Positions 20,930 to 29,682 of a DNA stretch of 64,000 nt are shown here, piece by piece. The notes under the pieces are model-generated. The model was not told the DNA's origin, made no database searches, and worked only from the letters and a program-made list of their open reading frames with translations. The number at the start of each line of letters is the position of its first letter. Within the stretch, counting starts at the first letter, position 1. The DNA lies in assembly GCA_947462765.1 (NCBI GenBank), contig CANHQK010000002.1, forward strand, positions 38,099 to 102,098, in the 5' to 3' direction. The DNA is from Bdellovibrionales bacterium. GTDB lineage: Bacteria; Bdellovibrionota; UBA1018; CAIMNF01. The translations under genes were made by a program, and so were the position numbers.

Positions 20930-20998
20930 TGGAAAACCTCAAGGATTTCAGCAGGGGAGTGTCGGGAGGGTGTCTAAACTTTAGACGGTGGACAGGGT

Positions 20999-21316
20999 TC
21001 AACGCTCGACGGGGTAACCGGCATCTTGCCAGTCGGGGAATCCGCCTTCGTCCACGCACACCAGGTTTTTGAGACCCTGGATCTCGAGCATCTGGCAGGC
21101 CATTTGGGCCCGGGCTCCTGCCCGGCAGTAGATGTAAACGGTTTGGAACGGACGGAGTTCCTCATGGTGCTTCATGACCACGTCTACCGGGATGTTGCGG
21201 GCTCCGGGGATGCGCCCCTCCGAGAATTCGCCCGGGGTTCGAACATCGAGAACCAGGGTGTTCGGAGTGGGAGATTGCAGGGTGGAATGAAGCTCGGGAA
21301 CGGTCATGAATTGCAT
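20999..21316 (-). CDS. Single-domain rhodanese-like sulfurtransferase
   Basis: LDVRTPGEF..GRIPGARNIP, active loop YCRAGARA, GGFPDW..AGYPV. Confidence 0.9.
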   Translation of the reverse strand: MQFMTVPELHSTLQSPTPNTLVLDVRTPGEFSEGRIPGARNIPVDVVMKHHEELRPFQTVYIYCRAGARAQMACQMLEIQGLKNLVCVDEGGFPDWQDAGYPVER

Positions 21317-21400
21317 AACCTGATCTCTACCTCGTGACACGCTGCGCACTCAAGGAAAGGGGTCGTCAGGGGGGTGTTTTTGTGGCAATTCTAGGGACTT

Positions 21401-21703
21401 ATGATCGAAGTCAATGAAGCCTTGATCCGGAAAGTGGCGGAGCTCTCCCGCCTGGAACTCAATGATGCCGAAATCGCCGAATACGTGAAGTCGATTGGTG
21501 ACATTCTGAAGCACGTGGACCAGCTCTCGCAGGTGAATACCGAAGGGGTGGAGCCGATGGTGTACGGAGTGGATGAGGTCCTGCGCCTTCGTCCCGATCA
21601 GGCCGAAGATTTCGGCAAGGATGCCCAAGGGCATCCGAAGGTGCTCTCCTGCGCCCCTGAAGTCATGTACGACGGGTTCAAAGTTCCACAAATCATCGGC
21701 TAG
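21401..21703 (+). CDS. gatC: Asp-tRNA(Asn)/Glu-tRNA(Gln) amidotransferase subunit C
   Basis: VAELSRL, V.T.GVEPM, LRPD, AP....GFKVPQII; first of gatCAB. Confidence 0.93.
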   Translation: MIEVNEALIRKVAELSRLELNDAEIAEYVKSIGDILKHVDQLSQVNTEGVEPMVYGVDEVLRLRPDQAEDFGKDAQGHPKVLSCAPEVMYDGFKVPQIIG

Positions 21704-21714
21704 ACGAGGCAAGC

Positions 21715-23193
21715 ATGCAAACCTACAAGACCATCCGCGAGATTCACGATGCCTTCGACAGTGGAAAGGCCAGTCCTCTGTCGCTCACGCAGGATTATTT
21801 CAAACAGATCGAATCGAGCCAGCACCACGCCTGGATCACACTTTGTAAAGATCGGGCACTCAAGCAGGCCGAGAGTCTGACCCAGGATTTGAAGAGCAAG
21901 CACGGGGGCAAAGTGCCGCGTTCGTCGCATCCCTTGTACGGGATTCCTCTCGGGATCAAAGACGTCCTGACCATGGACGGTGTTCGCACCACCGCAGCAT
22001 CCAAAATGCTCGACACCTATGTGGCGCCCTACACGGCCACCGCTGTGGATCGTCTCGAGCGTGCGGGAGGGATCTCGCTCGGTAAACTCAATCTCGACGA
22101 GTTCGCCATGGGGAGTTCGAACGAGAACTCCGCCTACGGCAATGTTTTGCACCCGACTCATCCGGATCGCGTTCCCGGTGGCTCGAGCGGTGGATCGGGA
22201 ACTGCGGTTGCGGCAGGTCAGTGCGTCGCCGCCCTCGGCACCGATACGGGTGGATCGATCCGTCTGCCGGCATCTTTTTGCGGAATCGTCGGGATGAAGC
22301 CCACCTACGGCCGCATCTCCCGGTACGGACAAATCGCATTTGCTTCCTCTTTGGACCAAATCGGTCCCATGACCCGCTCTGTGGAAGACGCAGCCCTGCT
22401 GTGCCAAGTGATGGCAGGCCTCGATCCGCGTGATTCGACCACCTCTTCCGAGCCTGTCGGAGACTGGGTGAAAGTGGTCCGCGAAACTGCGGCCGCACCC
22501 ACAGCCCGAGGACTGAAGGTGGGAGTGCCCAAGGAATACTTCATTGACGGGATTGATGCGGAAGTCCGCTCCGCCGTTGAGGGCATGATCGCAAAATTGA
22601 AGGAGCAGGGAGCGGAAATTGTTCCGGTCAGCTTGCCGCACACCGAGTTCGCAGTGGCCACCTACTATGTCGTGGCGGTGAGTGAGGCTTCGTCCAACCT
22701 TTCCCGTTACGACGGAGTCCGCTTCGGAGTCCGCCCCAAGGAGGCGATGGAGGCCGGATCTCCCGCCGAGTTCTACAAGAAAGTCCGCGCCAATTTCGGA
22801 GCCGAGGTCAAGCGGCGGATCATCCTCGGAACCTTCGCGCTTTCGAGCGGGTATTACGACGCCTATTATCGTAAAGCCGGGCAGGTCCGCAGGCTCATGC
22901 GTCAGGATTTCGAGAACGCTTTCAAACAAGTCGATGTGATCGTTTCTCCGGTCGCTCCGACCACGGCCTTCAAGATCGGAGAGAAAGCCAAGAATCCGCT
23001 TCAGATGTACCTCACGGACATCTTCACCATTCCGGCTTCGATGGCCGGACTTCCGGCCATGAGTGTGCCGGTCGGTCAGGATCATCAGGGGCTTTCGATC
23101 GGGATGCACCTGATCGCACCGCGGTTCCAGGAGGAGAAACTCCTGAAGGCCGCGACCGTAGTCGAAGCGATTGCAGAAAGGAAAGGATCATGA
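21715..23193 (+). CDS. gatA: Amidotransferase subunit A
   Basis: Amidase signature KLNLDEFAMGSS, PGGSSGGS, GTDTGGSIRLPA, EVKRRIILGTFALSSGYYDAYY. Confidence 0.97.
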   Translation: MQTYKTIREIHDAFDSGKASPLSLTQDYFKQIESSQHHAWITLCKDRALKQAESLTQDLKSKHGGKVPRSSHPLYGIPLGIKDVLTMDGVRTTAASKMLDTYVAPYTATAVDRLERAGGISLGKLNLDEFAMGSSNENSAYGNVLHPTHPDRVPGGSSGGSGTAVAAGQCVAALGTDTGGSIRLPASFCGIVGMKPTYGRISRYGQIAFASSLDQIGPMTRSVEDAALLCQVMAGLDPRDSTTSSEPVGDWVKVVRETAAAPTARGLKVGVPKEYFIDGIDAEVRSAVEGMIAKLKEQGAEIVPVSLPHTEFAVATYYVVAVSEASSNLSRYDGVRFGVRPKEAMEAGSPAEFYKKVRANFGAEVKRRIILGTFALSSGYYDAYYRKAGQVRRLMRQDFENAFKQVDVIVSPVAPTTAFKIGEKAKNPLQMYLTDIFTIPASMAGLPAMSVPVGQDHQGLSIGMHLIAPRFQEEKLLKAATVVEAIAERKGS

Positions 23194-24689
23194 GCATCAC
23201 TCATCTGGGAATTCCCGTCGATGCCAATACCGAGTTCGAGACTGTGATCGGTCTTGAGGTGCACGTCCAGCTCTCGACCGAGTCGAAGGTCTTTTCTCCG
23301 GCCCGTTCCCGCCTCGAAGAGGGCAAGTCGGTGGCCGATGAGGCCGTCAACGCCAACACCAACCCGGTCTGCGCCGGGCACCCGGGAACACTCCCGGCCT
23401 TGAATCAGAAGGCGGTCGAGTACGCCATCAAGGCGGGTTTGGCGACCCATTGCAAAATCAATCTGAAGAGCGTCTTTGCACGTAAACATTACTTTTATCC
23501 GGATCTACCGAAGGGGTACCAGATCTCCCAGTTCGACTTGCCGCTCTGCCAGCATGGCCATCTGGACATCGAGCTCGGCAAAGAGGGTGAAGTGACGAAA
23601 CGGGTGGGGATCACCCGGATTCACATGGAAGAGGACGCCGGCAAGAACGTGCACCTCTCCGGATTCAGTCTCGTGAATCTGAACCGGGCCGGGGTTCCGC
23701 TCATCGAAGTGGTTAGCGAGCCCGACATGCGGACAGCCGAAGAAGCGGGAGCCTACCTCCGTAAGTTGTATTCGATCGTGACCTGCCTCGGCGTTTGCGA
23801 CGGTAACCTTCAAGAAGGGAACTTCCGTTGTGACGCCAACGTGTCGATCCGCCCGAAGGGGGCGACCGGGTTCGGGACGCGTGCCGAAATCAAAAATGTG
23901 AACTCGTTCCGGTTTGTCGAAAAGGCGATCGAGTACGAAGTGGAACGTCAGCGGCAGGTGATCCTCTCGGGGGACAAGGTGGTTCAGGAAACCCGTTTGT
24001 ATGATTCGCAGAAGAATCAGACTTTCTCGATGCGCACCAAAGAAGAAGCCGAGGACTACCGTTATTTCCCGGATCCGGATCTTCCTCCCCTGGTGATCGA
24101 GCAGTCCCAGGTGGACGCGCTTCGTGCGGCATTGCCAGAGCTTCCCGATCAAATGAGAGACCGCTATGTGAAGGATTTCGGACTTTCCCGTTATGATGCG
24201 GGAGTCTTGACCTCAGTCTCTTCGTTGAGCCGGTTCTTCGAAGCGGCCGTGGCCGGAGCGGGCGCCTCTCTGGCAAAGGGTCTTGCCAATTTGCTCACGG
24301 GTGAGGCGGCGCGCCTGCTGAATGACGCCGGAATCGAGATCGGAGCTTCGAAATTCGTACCGGAGCATTTCTCCGATTTGGCGCGTTTTGTTGGCGATAA
24401 AACCATTTCGGTGACTGCGGCAAAGCAGATCATCGCCATCCTCTTTGCCGAAGGCGGATCTGTCAGTGCCATCATCGATCGTGAAGGCTTGAAGCAGGTG
24501 AGTGACCTCTCGGCGCTCGAGCCCGTCATCGATCAGATTCTGGCTGCGAATCCGAAGCAGCTCGAAGAGTTCCGCTCCGGAAAAGAAAAATTGCTCGGAT
24601 TTTTTGTCGGCCAGGCCATGAAAGCCACTCAGGGCAAGGCCAACCCGGGATTGTTGCAGGAAATGGTCCTCAAAAAACTGAAAGGCTGA
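23190..24689 (+). CDS. gatB: Amidotransferase subunit B
   Basis: IGLEVHVQL, RKHYFYPDLPKGYQISQ, HMEEDAGK, RCDANVS, EIKNVNS, DYRYFPDPDL, GQAMK..GKANP. Confidence 0.97.
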   Translation: MSITHLGIPVDANTEFETVIGLEVHVQLSTESKVFSPARSRLEEGKSVADEAVNANTNPVCAGHPGTLPALNQKAVEYAIKAGLATHCKINLKSVFARKHYFYPDLPKGYQISQFDLPLCQHGHLDIELGKEGEVTKRVGITRIHMEEDAGKNVHLSGFSLVNLNRAGVPLIEVVSEPDMRTAEEAGAYLRKLYSIVTCLGVCDGNLQEGNFRCDANVSIRPKGATGFGTRAEIKNVNSFRFVEKAIEYEVERQRQVILSGDKVVQETRLYDSQKNQTFSMRTKEEAEDYRYFPDPDLPPLVIEQSQVDALRAALPELPDQMRDRYVKDFGLSRYDAGVLTSVSSLSRFFEAAVAGAGASLAKGLANLLTGEAARLLNDAGIEIGASKFVPEHFSDLARFVGDKTISVTAAKQIIAILFAEGGSVSAIIDREGLKQVSDLSALEPVIDQILAANPKQLEEFRSGKEKLLGFFVGQAMKATQGKANPGLLQEMVLKKLKG

Positions 24690-24694
24690 ATCTC

Positions 24695-27064
24695 ATGAAG
24701 GCGTTGTTGAAATGGATCGGAATCGGATCCGGACTCCTGGTGGGGGGGCTCGCGATTGTACCCTCTTTCATCCGCGTGGATCAGTTCCGACCTGAGATCG
24801 TCAAGGCGGTCAATCAGGAGCTGAACGGAACCCTCGAGCTCGGAAAACTCGATCTCAGTCTCTGGGGTCGTGTCCGGATTGCGATCGACGGACTGAAGGT
24901 GACCGATCTTGCCAAAAAAGAGGTTCTCTCGGTGAAGGATGCCTCTTTTGAAATCCCTTTCACTTCCTTGTTTGCCGGAAGCCCTTCCATCACCTTTCAA
25001 ATGAAGGAACCCACCATTCAGGTGGTGAAAGACACCGCAGGGAAGATCAACCTGCTCTCACTTCCGAAGGGGCTCAAAATCACCGAGGGATCGATGCCTG
25101 TCTCTCAGGCTCAAGCGACCCCGTCTCCTGCCGCTCCATCCGAATCGGTGAAGCTCCCGGCCCTGGTGTTGAATGCCCGCTTCGGACTTTCGATCATCGA
25201 TGCGAAGCTCACCTACCTTGACCAAAAAACCTCTCTATCGAATACGGTCGAACATCTGAATGTCCGGGTCCGGGACCTGTCTTTGTCCCGTAAGACCGAA
25301 ATCGAGCTCTGGGCTGACCTGAAAACGAAGATGCAGGACCTTGTGGTGGACGGACCGCTCAAGCTCACGGCCGAGCTCACGCCGGATGCCCGTGAGGGCG
25401 GGATTCAGGGTGGGGCTTTCAAGTTCGCATTTTCAGCCGATGACCTCGTGGTCGAAAAAGGCACTCTCTTCAAGAAGGCCAAGGGCGTCCCGGCTCGCTT
25501 TGCAGCGAGCTTGTCCATGGATGCCACGCAGTTCAAGATTCAGGAATCTTCGCTCCGGTTTCACAATGCCGAGGTCAGTCTGAGTGGAAAATTCGAGAAA
25601 TTGGGTGCATTCGATCTCAAATTCGATGCTAAGCCAGTGGATCTCAAGCCTTGGTCCGAGTTGATCCCGATGCTGAAGGAATATGAGCTCGAGGGAAAAC
25701 TCGGGCTCTCGGGCGGTGCCGGTGGACGCCTCGAAACCATAGGCTATCATGCAAAAGTGTCGGTCGACGGTCTTTCGGCAAAAGGTCCGAACCTGAAAGC
25801 CAAACCGGTCATTGACGGAAAAATCGATATTGCCACCGATCGGATCGAGAAGTTCCAGTTCAGTCTGAAGGGTCCCGGTAACGAAGTCTCGCTCGAGGGA
25901 CGCCTGCTGGGGTTCCTGAAACCCCAGATCACGTTTTCAGTCACTTCCACCAAGGGCATGGACCTCGATCAGTGGATTGAATTCCCGAAACCCGTCAATG
26001 ATCCTAAAGCTCAAGTAAGCGCGGGTGGCGCCCAAGCTCCTGCCAAGGGATCACCCGAGCAGGATCTCGATGCGCTACTGAACCCTTTACGGGCCAACGA
26101 GATCGCAAAGGCAACCGGTGTCGACGGGACGGTGTCCTTGTCGTTTGTGAAGGCCAAGGGGGTCCGGATCGACGATTTAGGGTGTAGGGTGCAGATGAAG
26201 AATCTGGCTCTTCAGATGAGCGCAATCCGGATGAAGATTTTCGGCGGCTCTCTGAATGGCAGCTTCTCGCTCGACATGCTTCCCGCCGAGCCGAGATATT
26301 CGATGAAGTTCGCTCTGAAGGATTTTGATATGCAAAAAGCAGTCGAGTCCCAGTTCGCAGCGCTGAAAAACACGCTCGTGGGTAAGTTGAGCGCATCCCT
26401 CGAGGGGATTGGGGCGAGCTTCAATACCCTTCCGGCCAAGAAGAAGCTCCAACTCAAAGGTGAATTCAAAGTGGTGGATGGTGCTTTCCAAACCATGGAT
26501 ATCGCAAAAATGGCCAATGAGGCTCTTCAGGGATCGATCAGTAAAATCGCCGAGAAGGTTCCCGCCTTGAAAGGTCAGAACCTCCAGATCGGGACCCGTG
26601 CCGATTCCCGCTATGAGTCGATCAGCGGGCATTTTTCGATCTCGGGTGGGATGCTGGATGCCCCCGACTTTTTTGCCAAGGCAGCGCCCAAGCGCGGGAT
26701 TGATCTCAAGGGTTCGACCAAGATGGGGCTCATTGACGAATCGATCGACGCCAAGTGGGAACTGATCGACACTCACCACGTCACTGGAGCTGACCAGATC
26801 AAGGTGAATATCGCTGGCAAGACCATTGTGAATGTCCTGGCTAAAGGCGAAAAAGACCCGCTCATTCTTCCAGTGACCGTCGGTTGCAAGTGGAGTGCTC
26901 CCTGCGTGAGCTACACCCAGGTGCCGGAGTATCTGGCAGGAGTCGCCCTCGCTCGGGTTGGGAAAGGGGCGGAGGAAGCCGCCAAGGACAAGGTGAAAGA
27001 AGCCGTCAAAGGCGCCGTTCAACAAGGTGTGGGCAAGGCCTTGAAGGGCCTGTTCGGACGCTGA
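24695..27064 (+). CDS. AsmA family protein (bridge-like lipid transfer protein candidate)
   Basis: N-terminal TM anchor then 789-aa beta-strand-rich periplasmic region, AsmA-like N-terminus and C-terminal amphipathic helix ending LKGLFGR. Confidence 0.75.
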   Translation: MKALLKWIGIGSGLLVGGLAIVPSFIRVDQFRPEIVKAVNQELNGTLELGKLDLSLWGRVRIAIDGLKVTDLAKKEVLSVKDASFEIPFTSLFAGSPSITFQMKEPTIQVVKDTAGKINLLSLPKGLKITEGSMPVSQAQATPSPAAPSESVKLPALVLNARFGLSIIDAKLTYLDQKTSLSNTVEHLNVRVRDLSLSRKTEIELWADLKTKMQDLVVDGPLKLTAELTPDAREGGIQGGAFKFAFSADDLVVEKGTLFKKAKGVPARFAASLSMDATQFKIQESSLRFHNAEVSLSGKFEKLGAFDLKFDAKPVDLKPWSELIPMLKEYELEGKLGLSGGAGGRLETIGYHAKVSVDGLSAKGPNLKAKPVIDGKIDIATDRIEKFQFSLKGPGNEVSLEGRLLGFLKPQITFSVTSTKGMDLDQWIEFPKPVNDPKAQVSAGGAQAPAKGSPEQDLDALLNPLRANEIAKATGVDGTVSLSFVKAKGVRIDDLGCRVQMKNLALQMSAIRMKIFGGSLNGSFSLDMLPAEPRYSMKFALKDFDMQKAVESQFAALKNTLVGKLSASLEGIGASFNTLPAKKKLQLKGEFKVVDGAFQTMDIAKMANEALQGSISKIAEKVPALKGQNLQIGTRADSRYESISGHFSISGGMLDAPDFFAKAAPKRGIDLKGSTKMGLIDESIDAKWELIDTHHVTGADQIKVNIAGKTIVNVLAKGEKDPLILPVTVGCKWSAPCVSYTQVPEYLAGVALARVGKGAEEAAKDKVKEAVKGAVQQGVGKALKGLFGR

Positions 27065-27073
27065 GAGGATTTC

Positions 27074-27964
27074 ATGATTCGCGCATCGATCGATCTCGGA
27101 ACGAATACCTGTCTCCTGCTGGTGATCAAGGGTGATCGGGTCCTGCACGATGAATCCCGGGTGGTCCGTCTCGGCCAAGACGTGGCACGGACCGGCCGTT
27201 TGCATCCGGAAGCCATGGAGAGAGCGCGTGCTTGCCTTCAGGACTACGTCAGAATCGCAGAGCGGCTCGGGGTTTCGGCCGGAGCGATTCTCGCTGTGGC
27301 CACCGCGCAGGCGCGTGATGCATCGGATGCGAAGCCATTCTTCGATGGCCTCGAAACCGAGTTCGGCCTCCGTTTCCGGATTCTTTCGGGCCAGGAGGAG
27401 GCCCGCGCTACGTTCTTGGGTGCCGCTTTGACCGGCTCCGATCCCTCAAAAATGGTCGTGATGGACATCGGCGGTGGGAGCACGGAGTTGGTCGCCCACG
27501 CCGGGGGCGAGAGTCTCCCCATCGGCGCCGTCAAGATCACCGAGAAATTCCTGCATTCCGATCCCGTGACTGATAACGAGTTTTGGGCCGCTGAGGATGC
27601 GATCGATCGTGAGCTTTTGAGAATGAAGCCCTGGCGCGAAGGTCTTCAGTCGGTCGGTGGCGCCGAGTTCACTGCAGTGGCCGGGACGGCTGTCACTTTA
27701 GCCATGCTTCAGATGGGTTTGACCGAATTCAAAGCCAGCGATATCGACGGATTTTTCATCACCCGGGGCGATGCCCACCGTCTGGTCGAGGAGCTCAAGT
27801 GGCGGACAGTTGAGGAGCGGAAGGCTATGCCCGGCATGGAACCGAAGCGCGCGGACGTGATCCTGGCTGGAGCTTTGATCTTCTGGCGCGTGATGGAAGT
27901 GCTCGACTTCCCGGTCGCACGGATTTCAACCCGGGGGCTCAGGTACGGGGTATTTTCGATTTAG
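27074..27964 (+). CDS. Ppx/GppA phosphatase family protein (short form)
   Basis: IDLGTNT, VRLGQ, VATAQARDA, ILSGQEEA, DIGGGSTE, RADVILAG, GLRYG. Confidence 0.93.
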   Translation: MIRASIDLGTNTCLLLVIKGDRVLHDESRVVRLGQDVARTGRLHPEAMERARACLQDYVRIAERLGVSAGAILAVATAQARDASDAKPFFDGLETEFGLRFRILSGQEEARATFLGAALTGSDPSKMVVMDIGGGSTELVAHAGGESLPIGAVKITEKFLHSDPVTDNEFWAAEDAIDRELLRMKPWREGLQSVGGAEFTAVAGTAVTLAMLQMGLTEFKASDIDGFFITRGDAHRLVEELKWRTVEERKAMPGMEPKRADVILAGALIFWRVMEVLDFPVARISTRGLRYGVFSI

Positions 27965-28170
27965 CGCAGAACGCGCAGGATCTGCTGGGCCAATTGTGGA
28001 TTTCGGGCGTGGATCCGTTTCAGCATCGACTGGCGGAAGGCTGGGTCCGCATGACGGAGCATCTGGACCACCTGTTCAAGCCCGTTGATCTTGACCCCTT
28101 CCTCGGGTGGGGTGATGTCCTGCCGGCGTGTGGATTCCATCTGTTCAAACGAAGGGTACTTCTGGTTCAT
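27961..28170 (-). CDS. Small protein resembling a FliG middle/C-domain linker fragment
   Basis: GLEQVVQMLRHADPAFRQSMLKRIHARNPQLAQQI resembles FliG GG..AAEILN..D...E..IL..L...DPELAEEI; ATGA-coupled to upstream gene. Confidence 0.55.
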   Translation of the reverse strand: MNQKYPSFEQMESTRRQDITPPEEGVKINGLEQVVQMLRHADPAFRQSMLKRIHARNPQLAQQILRVLR

Positions 28171-28625
28171 ACGCTTTTGCTCCTTTGTGCTTTCCGGGCC
28201 GATTCTTTCTCAAATTGTTTTTCGAGTTCTTCAGAGGCTTTCTTGTAATACGACTGGAGCCGGGAAATCTGCTCGTCACCGATCCGCTTTTCTTGCTCGA
28301 CCCGGCGTTGGTATTGGGTGTGAATCTTGTCGGCTTCCCGTTCTCCTTGTTCGCGCGATTCCTGGATCAGGGTCTGGTTGCGCTCGCGGATCAACGCCAG
28401 CTTGCGATCGAGAGACTCGGCCTCCTGTGAAATGCGGACATCGTAGTCTTTTCGCATCTGTTGGACTTGCTGATCCTGGTTCTGGACCATGCCGGCGAGT
28501 CGGTCGCGGTGGCCTTCTTCTTTGTCCTTCACGGTCGCTTCCTGATCCCGCTCGAGCTGGGTCAGATACGCCCGGTACCGGATTTCATCGACGCCATTTC
28601 CGGCTCCATTCATGGAACTTGCCAT
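28167..28625 (-). CDS. Coiled-coil hypothetical protein (E/Q/R/K rich)
   Basis: Charged heptad-like sequence; GGGAGG SD upstream. Confidence 0.7.
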   Translation of the reverse strand: MASSMNGAGNGVDEIRYRAYLTQLERDQEATVKDKEEGHRDRLAGMVQNQDQQVQQMRKDYDVRISQEAESLDRKLALIRERNQTLIQESREQGEREADKIHTQYQRRVEQEKRIGDEQISRLQSYYKKASEELEKQFEKESARKAQRSKSV

Positions 28626-28692
28626 ACGGCCTCCCGCCAGCGCGACTTCGTGTCCCGCGTTCCTTCATTTTCGCGCTGTGAAAAGCGCTTCA

Positions 28693-28719
28693 CAATCGGC
28701 AAAAAATGCCTATACTTCG
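28693..28719 (-). promoter_or_regulatory. Candidate sigma28 (FliA) promoter for the 28625/28170 operon
   Basis: Minus strand CGAAGTAT-N11-GCCGATTG vs consensus TAAAGTTT-N11-GCCGATAA. Confidence 0.4.
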
Positions 28720-28741
28720 AGAAAGAGGGAGCGTCAAAGTT

Positions 28742-29023
28742 TTGGAGACACGGGAATTCTCGATTTTGGGACAAAAGCTGGTGATTGCCGATCCGGATCA
28801 AGCCGAACTGGCGTCCCATGCCATCCAGATTGTGAACGCGAAAGTCGAAGAAATCCGCTCTCAAAAGCCACTCTGGGGACCCAATCAGATTTCCGTACTG
28901 GCCCTCCTTGAAATCGCCGGCAATCTGGTTCGCGAGAGAAAGTCGATCGATGCCTACCGTGAGGAGCTCGATCGCCGGTGTTCCGATCTCATGGGCGAAT
29001 TGTCCCGCCTTCCCCCTGCATGA
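28742..29023 (+). CDS. zapA: Cell division protein ZapA
   Basis: FSILGQKL, A.IVNAKVEEIR, VLALLEIA pattern, size about 93 aa, context upstream of 5-FTHF cyclo-ligase; start (TTG 28742) uncertain. Confidence 0.75.
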   Translation: METREFSILGQKLVIADPDQAELASHAIQIVNAKVEEIRSQKPLWGPNQISVLALLEIAGNLVRERKSIDAYREELDRRCSDLMGELSRLPPA

Positions 29024-29679
29024 GGGGCTCGGTTGCTACGGAAAAGAAAAGGCTGAGAGGCGAGTTTGATCGTCTTCTCGGTCAGAAGGATTTTTTCGAT
29101 CTCATCGGGCGCTCTGCAACGCTTCGGAGTCACTTCGAGAGTTTCATCCAGGAGATCGCCACGCCCCTCGCAGGGCGGTGTCTCGTGAGCTTCATCCCGT
29201 TCTCCACCGAACCGCAGGTTCAGGTCGAGAGGGAGTCCCAGGACGAGCCCTACCGGGTGGCCTACGTCCGGATCGAGGACTGGCCCTCCCGTTCCATGAG
29301 TGCCCGCCAGGCCCGGCGTGATCTACCGGGACAATGGGAGGATATCGAGATTCCCGGCGGAAAACGCATTTTTCAGCCCATGGATGCGCAGCCTCGCTGT
29401 GCGCTCGAACAAGTGGGTGTTGTTCTGGTCCCCGGTCTGGCGTTCGCTCGGAACGGGGCGCGGCTTGGACGGGGTGCCGGGTTTTACGATCGTTTTCTGA
29501 TCGAGCATTCACACGCCCTTCGAGTCGGGGTCGCCTTTTCGGATCAGGTCCTCGATTCGCTTCCCGAGGATCCCCATGACCAGCGCATGGACATCCTTTT
29601 GACGGATGCGGGAGTGGTTCGAATGAATTCCTATGGAGAGTGGGAAAAGCACGGTATCATCCAATCAAGGGCCACCTGA
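29020..29679 (+). CDS. 5-formyltetrahydrofolate cyclo-ligase
   Basis: VLVPGLAF..NGARLGRGAGFYDRFL, LPEDPHDQRMD..LTD; ATGA overlap with zapA. Confidence 0.92.
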   Translation: MRGSVATEKKRLRGEFDRLLGQKDFFDLIGRSATLRSHFESFIQEIATPLAGRCLVSFIPFSTEPQVQVERESQDEPYRVAYVRIEDWPSRSMSARQARRDLPGQWEDIEIPGGKRIFQPMDAQPRCALEQVGVVLVPGLAFARNGARLGRGAGFYDRFLIEHSHALRVGVAFSDQVLDSLPEDPHDQRMDILLTDAGVVRMNSYGEWEKHGIIQSRAT

Positions 29680-29682
29680 AAC

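Noticed and set aside
21700..23109. 469-aa antisense ORF opposite gatA
   Set aside because: Shadow ORF of a conserved gene in GC-rich DNA; no motifs
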